A stretch of 64,000 nt of DNA, taken from an uncultured Alphaproteobacteria bacterium. GTDB taxonomy: Bacteria; Pseudomonadota; Alphaproteobacteria; Rs-D84. The stretch lies in the NCBI GenBank assembly GCA_947053455.1, contig CAMRSV010000004.1, positions 1 through 64,000 of the forward strand, written 5' to 3'. The notes below the pieces were generated by a model, which worked only from the letters and a program-made list of their open reading frames with translations, was not told the origin of the DNA and did no database searches. Shown piece by piece: positions 57,859 through 64,000 of the stretch. The position numbers and the translations under genes were made by a program. How positions within the stretch are numbered: the stretch's first letter is position 1; every line of letters begins with the position of its first letter.

Positions 57859-59031
57859 ATGGATGAAGATGATGTTATTTTAATGTCTGGCAATAATGGC
57901 GCAGATAATGCGAGCCCGCAAAATATTTTTGCGGTTATTCGCGATAAGCTTAAAGGGGATTTTTCGCGTCGGTGTTTTATGGACACTTGGCGCGATGTAC
58001 CGATAGATATCAGGTTCCGTTGCACCAACCGGTGTGATGAAAATTGTGCGCGTTGCTTTGAATGTTCCGGACCAAATAACCCGTTGCAGGTATTGCCGGT
58101 ATCCGATATTGCGTATTATCAAAATTCAATGAAACATTTAAATGGGACTTACATGACTGGCGGGGAATGGTCACTGATATATGATGTTGCCCCCGGTTAT
58201 ATGTTGCAGGTATTTGATTCGATAAATTTGAGTAATTCAGACGCGTATAATATCCAAACAAATTGCCGGTGGGTCTTTGGGCCAAATCGTGACAAGATAT
58301 ATTCGGATTTGCAGAAAATTCAGACAAAACTGGGACGTGCCGGAAAAATACTTAAACTGGATGTGTCTGTTGACAGGTTCCGCTCAAAAGCAGCATTGGA
58401 CGGTGTTCGTGAACTGATATGTCGTGTTGCCACAGATAAGCATTTTAATAATACAAAAATTCGTATAATGTCATCGCGGTTGGATTATCGCATGGCAAAC
58501 GATACTGTTTTAAAGCCGGAATATTTCAAAGCGCGTGGAATACCACTGCGTTTTGAACCGCGTGACGTCTTTTTCCCGTTTTTTCAGGTGTTCTATGCTA
58601 ATAATAAACGCATGATTATTCACGAAGAAAATACGACCATGCGTATTGGTCGTGCCGCAAAAAACAAAATTGGTTATAAAATCTTTTATCCGGAAAAACA
58701 ATGCGGTGGAATTGCTGGTGCTGATAAATGCATGGAATTGAGTTTCCGCGAAGATGGCACTGTTAAATGGCATAGTTATTATGACTGGAATATTATTGTC
58801 CCGTATAAGAATGTAAACGGCCAAAACAAATCGATTGAGCAAATAAAGCAAGAATTATTGCAAAAGGCGTGGCGCAAGCACTTAAAACAAAGTTTTTCAG
58901 AAACTGCATGGTCAATGGTTCCATTGATTGGACCCATCCGGGACTATAACAGAAACCGGCAGATTAAGAAGTCTTTTAATCAAAACCAAGCACGCATTGT
59001 ATATCAAGTGAAAAAAGTTAACAGTTATTAA
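57859..59031 (+). CDS. Radical SAM superfamily protein of unknown function
   Basis: TNRCDENCARC, MTGGE, IQTN, VSVD. Confidence 0.7.
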   Translation: MDEDDVILMSGNNGADNASPQNIFAVIRDKLKGDFSRRCFMDTWRDVPIDIRFRCTNRCDENCARCFECSGPNNPLQVLPVSDIAYYQNSMKHLNGTYMTGGEWSLIYDVAPGYMLQVFDSINLSNSDAYNIQTNCRWVFGPNRDKIYSDLQKIQTKLGRAGKILKLDVSVDRFRSKAALDGVRELICRVATDKHFNNTKIRIMSSRLDYRMANDTVLKPEYFKARGIPLRFEPRDVFFPFFQVFYANNKRMIIHEENTTMRIGRAAKNKIGYKIFYPEKQCGGIAGADKCMELSFREDGTVKWHSYYDWNIIVPYKNVNGQNKSIEQIKQELLQKAWRKHLKQSFSETAWSMVPLIGPIRDYNRNRQIKKSFNQNQARIVYQVKKVNSY

Positions 59032-59047
59032 ACGTAGTTTTTTTCAT

Positions 59048-59752
59048 TTACCCGCGCCAGGTTACGGTGTCAAACATGGCGTCAATTTCCGTACGCAATG
59101 CGTCATCGTTAAAGAATTGTTCGCGTGCCGCCGCGTCTGTTTCGGGATGGGCGGCGTCTTCAAAATGCGGGATGTATTTTTGTACGGCAAAATTTTTTAC
59201 CCCGCGTGCGGCACAATCCCGTGCAATTTCTAATAAATCCGCTTTTGTTACAAATCGTGGGTCGCAGGTGGTGCGAACCTCTAATCCGCGGCCAGTTGAA
59301 AGCCATGCGTCCAATGATTTTATCATGTGTTTGAATGCAATATTTTGGCCGGTTAAATCAGGGTATTTTTCACATGTCGCCTTGTAATCAAGGCCAACCC
59401 AGTCGACAATATCCGCCGCACGCATCAATGTTTCCGGATAAAATCCATTCGTATGCAGTCCAATATTAAACCCTAGTTCTTTGACGCGTCGCATGTATTC
59501 AATTAGTGCATCGCCCTGCATCAGTGCCTCGCCCCCGGAAAAGACGATGGCCCCTAACTTGCCGACGCGCGAACGAATCCATTCAAATGTTTTTTCTGTA
59601 TCGTATTCGCCGTCTGCAATGTCCAGCAAATGGGGATTTGAACAATATTTGCATCGAACCGGGCACCCACGCAGGAATAATACCGCCGATAGGTGCCCTG
59701 GAAAATCGATGGTTGTAAACGGTACCATCCCCCCGATTTGCAGTTCCGGCAT
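59048..59752 (-). CDS. nrdG: Anaerobic RNR activating protein
   Basis: TTIDFPG, GCPVRCKYCSNP, VFSGGE, LHTNG; next to nrdD. Confidence 0.9.
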   Translation of the reverse strand: MPELQIGGMVPFTTIDFPGHLSAVLFLRGCPVRCKYCSNPHLLDIADGEYDTEKTFEWIRSRVGKLGAIVFSGGEALMQGDALIEYMRRVKELGFNIGLHTNGFYPETLMRAADIVDWVGLDYKATCEKYPDLTGQNIAFKHMIKSLDAWLSTGRGLEVRTTCDPRFVTKADLLEIARDCAARGVKNFAVQKYIPHFEDAAHPETDAAAREQFFNDDALRTEIDAMFDTVTWRG

Positions 59753-59757
59753 TTTTA

Positions 59758-59952
59758 TTACGCCGCTTTTTTCATTAGTTCACTGTGGCGGGCGCCGGTT
59801 GTCAGACAGTTTGATTCTTTAAAAGTCTTTCTTTCACAGAATTCAGAATATTTACCAACATTGAAATTAGACACCGGTCTGATAAATCCCATGGAACGTG
59901 AAAATCTTTCGCACGGTGTTCTGTTGATTGTGTTCTGTGTGACTTCTGCCAT
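59758..59952 (-). CDS. Stand-alone NrdD glycyl-radical C-terminal domain
   Basis: CERFSRSMGFIRPVSNFNVGKYSEF.ER; own GGGAG RBS. Confidence 0.85.
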   Translation of the reverse strand: MAEVTQNTINRTPCERFSRSMGFIRPVSNFNVGKYSEFCERKTFKESNCLTTGARHSELMKKAA

Positions 59953-59982
59953 TTTGTTTTTCTCCCTTTGTGTTTTGTTTGT

Positions 59983-62022
59983 TTATTGTTCGTTTGATAT
60001 CTGCTGATTTGCGGCGATTTCCGCGTCGCATTTCGGACAGAATTCGAAATTACCCGCCAAATATCCATGCTTTGGACATATTGAGAATGTTGGTGTCAAT
60101 GTCATGTACGGAATCTTGTAGTTTTCAAAAATCGTGCGTACAATCTTTTGTGCCGCATCCCCAGATGATACCGGTTCACCCATATACAGGTGCAGCATTG
60201 TGCCACCCGTGTATTTACGCTGTAATTCTTCCTGGTGTTCCAGTGCAACAAACGGGTCATCCGTAAAGTTCACGGGCAACTGTGTGGAATTAGTATAGTA
60301 GGGGGCATCAGGTGTTCCCGCGGTGATAATATCCGGGAAATTCTTAACATCTGTTTTTGCAAACCGGTAAGAGCAGCCTTCGGCCGGTGTCGCCTCCAAA
60401 TTATATAGGTTGCCGGTTTGTTCCTGGAAATTGGCCAGGTGTTCGCGTATGAAATCCATAACGTCCAAAACCAGTTTTTTACCCATTGGGGTGGCGATAT
60501 TTTCACGGTCGCATGTGAAGTTACGAACCATTTCATTGGCACCATTTACACCAATTGTCGAGAAATGATGATTCCAATCGCCTAAATAACGTTTCGTGAA
60601 CGGATAGAGGCCGCGCTCCATATTTTTGTTGATAATCTTGCGTTTGATTTCCAATGAATCGCGCCCCAGTTCCAGCAGACGCTTTAATTCCGCAAATAGT
60701 CCGTCGCGGTCACCCTTGTGCGTATAGCCCAGTCGCGACAGGTTAATTGTGACAACACCGATAGAACCCGTCTTTTCCGCAGAACCAAAGAGTCCCCCGC
60801 CGCGCTTTAACAATTCTCGTACGTCCAGACGCAGTCTGCAGCACATTGAACGAACATCGGTTGGATTTAAATCCGAATTTAGGAAATTTTGGAAATTCGG
60901 AATTCCATATTTTGCCGTCAGTTCAAACAAAGGCTTTACATTCGGGTGATCCCATGGGAAATCTGGCGTGATGTTATATGTCGGAATTGGGAATGTAAAT
61001 GGCCGACCTAATGCATCGCCTTCTGTCATAACCTCTATAAACGCGCGGTTTATCATATCCATTTCTGCCTGCAAGTCGCCATATGTGAAATCAACCTGCT
61101 TTTTGCCGATAAATGGATGCTGTGATTTCAAATCGGTCGGACATGTCCAATCAAATGTAAAATTGATGAACGGTGTCTGGGTTCCCCAACGGCATGGTAC
61201 CGCGCAGTTAAATACCAGCGTTTGCATCGCATTTTTAACATCATCATATGACAGGTTATCAATACGAACATACGGCGCCAGATATGTGTCAACGGACGAA
61301 AACGCCTGTGCGCCGGCAAACTCGTTCTGAAGTGTGCCAAGAAAATTCACCATGTGTGAAATCGCGGTCGCCATGTGTTTTGCCGGATTGCAGTGCACAA
61401 AACCAGGCACGCCGTTAAATCCTTCGTATAACAGTTCGCGCAGTGACCAGCCCGCGCAGTAGCCTGTCAACCAGCCCAAGTCGTGAACATGTATGGCGGC
61501 GTTTTTGTGCGCCTCTGCAATTTCACGCGGATACAGATTTAACCAGTATTCCGCCGTTACGCGTTCGCATGTGCGCAAAATCAATCCGCCGATTGAATAG
61601 CCGACATTGGCATTTTCCTTAATACGCCAATTGGAACCACCGACGTAACCTTCGATTACTTCAATTGCATTTACAGATGCATCGCGTATTTCCGAACGTT
61701 TTTTACGGTATACAATATATGCCTCTGCTGTTTTGTATGCTTTGGCGTCCATCAGGTTGCGAATAACCGTATCTTGTATTTCTTCAACCTTTGGGGTTTT
61801 GCCCGCAAACTTTTCATCCAGTTCCCGCAAAACATTTTGCGTAATCTTTACTATATCTATATCTGCGATTTCCTGGGTTACGGCGACCGCCTTTTTTATT
61901 GCATCAAAAATCTTTTTTGCGTCAAAAGGAACAGTTTCCCCGCTGCGCTTTTGAACAACGGTTAATTTTGTGATAAGTGACGGTAAAATCTGAATTTTTA
62001 TTTCGTTTTGTTCCCCAGACAT
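59983..62022 (-). CDS. nrdD: Class III ribonucleoside-triphosphate reductase, lacking the Gly-radical domain
   Basis: ATP cone, HVHDL, YCAGWSL, FTFPIPTYN, RSMCCRL, EATPAEG, YTGGT, C..H...CPKC. Confidence 0.93.
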   Translation of the reverse strand: MSGEQNEIKIQILPSLITKLTVVQKRSGETVPFDAKKIFDAIKKAVAVTQEIADIDIVKITQNVLRELDEKFAGKTPKVEEIQDTVIRNLMDAKAYKTAEAYIVYRKKRSEIRDASVNAIEVIEGYVGGSNWRIKENANVGYSIGGLILRTCERVTAEYWLNLYPREIAEAHKNAAIHVHDLGWLTGYCAGWSLRELLYEGFNGVPGFVHCNPAKHMATAISHMVNFLGTLQNEFAGAQAFSSVDTYLAPYVRIDNLSYDDVKNAMQTLVFNCAVPCRWGTQTPFINFTFDWTCPTDLKSQHPFIGKKQVDFTYGDLQAEMDMINRAFIEVMTEGDALGRPFTFPIPTYNITPDFPWDHPNVKPLFELTAKYGIPNFQNFLNSDLNPTDVRSMCCRLRLDVRELLKRGGGLFGSAEKTGSIGVVTINLSRLGYTHKGDRDGLFAELKRLLELGRDSLEIKRKIINKNMERGLYPFTKRYLGDWNHHFSTIGVNGANEMVRNFTCDRENIATPMGKKLVLDVMDFIREHLANFQEQTGNLYNLEATPAEGCSYRFAKTDVKNFPDIITAGTPDAPYYTNSTQLPVNFTDDPFVALEHQEELQRKYTGGTMLHLYMGEPVSSGDAAQKIVRTIFENYKIPYMTLTPTFSICPKHGYLAGNFEFCPKCDAEIAANQQISNEQ

Positions 62023-62046
62023 TTTAATAACTCCGATTCTCTAAAA

Positions 62047-62095
62047 ACACAATATATAGTGTTGTTTTTCTTTGTTTGATAACAATATATAGTAT
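62047..62095. promoter_or_regulatory. Tandem NrdR boxes
   Basis: ACACAATATATAGTGT (62047-62062) and TAACAATATATAGTAT (62080-62095) upstream of nrdD. Confidence 0.85.
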
Positions 62096-62489
62096 TAGGA
62101 GTTGGTGAACAATATAGAAAAAATAAAAAAATTTGCATTTTTCGCTTTACTTTTTGTGATGCGCTGTATTCCTATGCTGGCGCGCAAAAACAGATTCGGA
62201 CAAAATCGACAAATTTGACACGAAACAATTTTTGGGGTTAAAAAATATGTTTTTTTATTATGGGAAACGATTCGGATTTTTTATAAAAACACAAAATATA
62301 GATAAAAATTACGAATCGATGTCTATATGTTGACGAAAATGTGTTGTTTAGGGTGATAAATTTGTACAAATTGGTATAATTATTACTAATAAGGTTGTTT
62401 TTCCTATTTCAAATGGCTATATTAATGTTGTCTAGTGTATGGTTGTTGAAATGTTAGACATTTTTATAAATAACCAAAAAAGGTAAAAC

Positions 62490-64000
62490 ATGATGAAAAA
62501 CATCTATGAAATGTTGCATGATGTTTGTTCGCAGAATAAAGACCGTATTTTCTTTGTCAGACAGAATGAAACATATGCACAATTGTTGAAAAAGGTGAAA
62601 CAGCGTGCGGTTTTACTGGCCCAGCGTTTCAATATTAAAAAAGGTGACACAGTCGCGATTTTGTCGGGAAACACGCCGGATTTTATTCGGTCGTATTTCG
62701 CGATTATATCCCAGGGCGCCAAGGTTTTAATGCTTGATACCGGCCTGTCTGCGAATGAACACCTGAATATGATGAAACGCACCAAGTGCAAATTGGTTTT
62801 GGCGCAAAAGTCACACTTTATTGGTGGGGCACCAAAAACGTACGATATTGAATCGATTGACGATACCGATGCGCGTGATTTTCATGCCGCTGATTGTAAT
62901 CGTGACGATGTTGCGATGTTGTCATTTACATCGGGTTCAACCGGAAATCCAAAGGTTGTTGGGCTGACGCATAATAATATATTGTCACTGGGCGAAGGGG
63001 CGTTGTTTTACAAGCCCGTTATTCATCCAGGATATACGTTTTACGGATTTCTGCCATTGTATCATATATATGGTGTCGTAATTAATATTATTGCGCCACT
63101 GGTACTGGGGGGAAAACTGCTGTTGCAGCCGATTTTGAATCCGCGCGAATTTTTAAAGGACTTTGCGGAGTTCAAGCCCGAAGTTATTCCGGCCGTGCCG
63201 CGTGTGTGGGAATCTTTTTATAAAAAGATTGTTGATGCCGCCAAGGAAAAGCATGTTTACACTCTTATGCGGGTTATTGTGTCTATGCGGCGTGTTTTGC
63301 GGGCGATTGGTATGGGATGGCTGGTTAAAAAGGTGACAAAGCCCGTGCATGACATATTTGGCGGCAATACCAAGGTTTTGGTGTCTGCGGGTGCAACCCT
63401 GAAACCGTCAATACGCAAATTCTTTGAAAGTTTGGATTTTGCGGTGGGTGATTGCTATGGATTGACCGAAACAACGGGACCGTCCAACTTTAACTTTGCA
63501 TTTCGCTTGCCGAACGGCAAGATGTATTATGCAGGCCCATTGCCGGGGAACGAATTGAAAATTCATAATCCCGACAAATTTGGTGTCGGTGAAATATGGG
63601 TTCGCGGAAATCTTGTTATGCCGGGCTATATCGGAAACGATGAGGCCAACACCGCAGCATTCGAAGACGGATGGTTCAAAACCGGTGATTTGGGAATGCT
63701 GGATAAAAAGGGACGCTTGGTTGTAAAGGGACGTCAAAAGCAAGTAATTGTTCTAGACAGTGGAAAGAACGTGTACCCGGATGAGTTGGCGGACTTGTAT
63801 CTGCAAAACGACGAGATTCTGGCGGCATCGGTGTTTGAGTACACAATTGCCGGGAAAATCGTTCCCTTTGCGGTATTTCAGGTAAAGCCAGGTGTCACAA
63901 CGGCGCGTGTTGCAACTTTGGTCAAGGCATCGAACTTGAAAATTGCACCGTATAAGTGGGTAAAGCATTTTGCGATAACCGAAGATGAGTTGCCCCAGAC
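62490..64000 (+). CDS. Long-chain acyl-CoA synthetase/AMP-binding enzyme (runs off the window)
   Basis: Manual translation: MMKNIYE..., FTSGSTGNPK, FLPLYHIYG, YGLTET, GWFKTGDLG, SGKNVYP. Confidence 0.9.
   Translation, partial: MMKNIYEMLHDVCSQNKDRIFFVRQNETYAQLLKKVKQRAVLLAQRFNIKKGDTVAILSGNTPDFIRSYFAIISQGAKVLMLDTGLSANEHLNMMKRTKCKLVLAQKSHFIGGAPKTYDIESIDDTDARDFHAADCNRDDVAMLSFTSGSTGNPKVVGLTHNNILSLGEGALFYKPVIHPGYTFYGFLPLYHIYGVVINIIAPLVLGGKLLLQPILNPREFLKDFAEFKPEVIPAVPRVWESFYKKIVDAAKEKHVYTLMRVIVSMRRVLRAIGMGWLVKKVTKPVHDIFGGNTKVLVSAGATLKPSIRKFFESLDFAVGDCYGLTETTGPSNFNFAFRLPNGKMYYAGPLPGNELKIHNPDKFGVGEIWVRGNLVMPGYIGNDEANTAAFEDGWFKTGDLGMLDKKGRLVVKGRQKQVIVLDSGKNVYPDELADLYLQNDEILAASVFEYTIAGKIVPFAVFQVKPGVTTARVATLVKASNLKIAPYKWVKHFAITEDELPQ

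Noticed and set aside
62100-62480. AT-rich gap as replication origin or ncRNA
   Set aside because: No DnaA-box cluster or stable structure seen; explained by divergent promoters

Overview
Bacterial chromosome segment from a diderm, probably an anaerobe-adapted alphaproteobacterium (inferred from lpxI, olsBA, lgt, many beta-barrel OMPs, class III RNR and ldh). 1-28.8 kb is mostly housekeeping and envelope genes plus tRNA-Thr. The 3' end of tRNA-Ser(TGA) at 28.9-29.0 kb is an integration hotspot. It is followed by a 180-bp tandem duplication of att-like scars and a ~22-kb element (29362-51437). That element has a large serine recombinase, DUF2924/DUF5681-like proteins, a terminase large subunit and a ParB-methyltransferase, but no recognisable capsid, portal or tail genes. 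Its cargo is defence-like: a type I RM system with an (AG)6-interrupted hsdS, candidate HEPN, GIY-YIG and glycosylase genes, HigBA and two Fic proteins. A second, decayed element with the same 161-bp left end starts at 51438 and carries candidate cell-wall toxins (Tlde1-like; MuF-like motif plus GH108) with immunity-like genes and broken toxin pieces. The window ends with nrdG, a split nrdD, NrdR boxes and a partial acyl-CoA synthetase. The most unexplained signal is a set of four related structured leaders (three at 25-632, one at 23865-24104) with attenuator-like pairing that I cannot match to a known riboswitch. All family calls come from motif recognition by eye; no database search was run.
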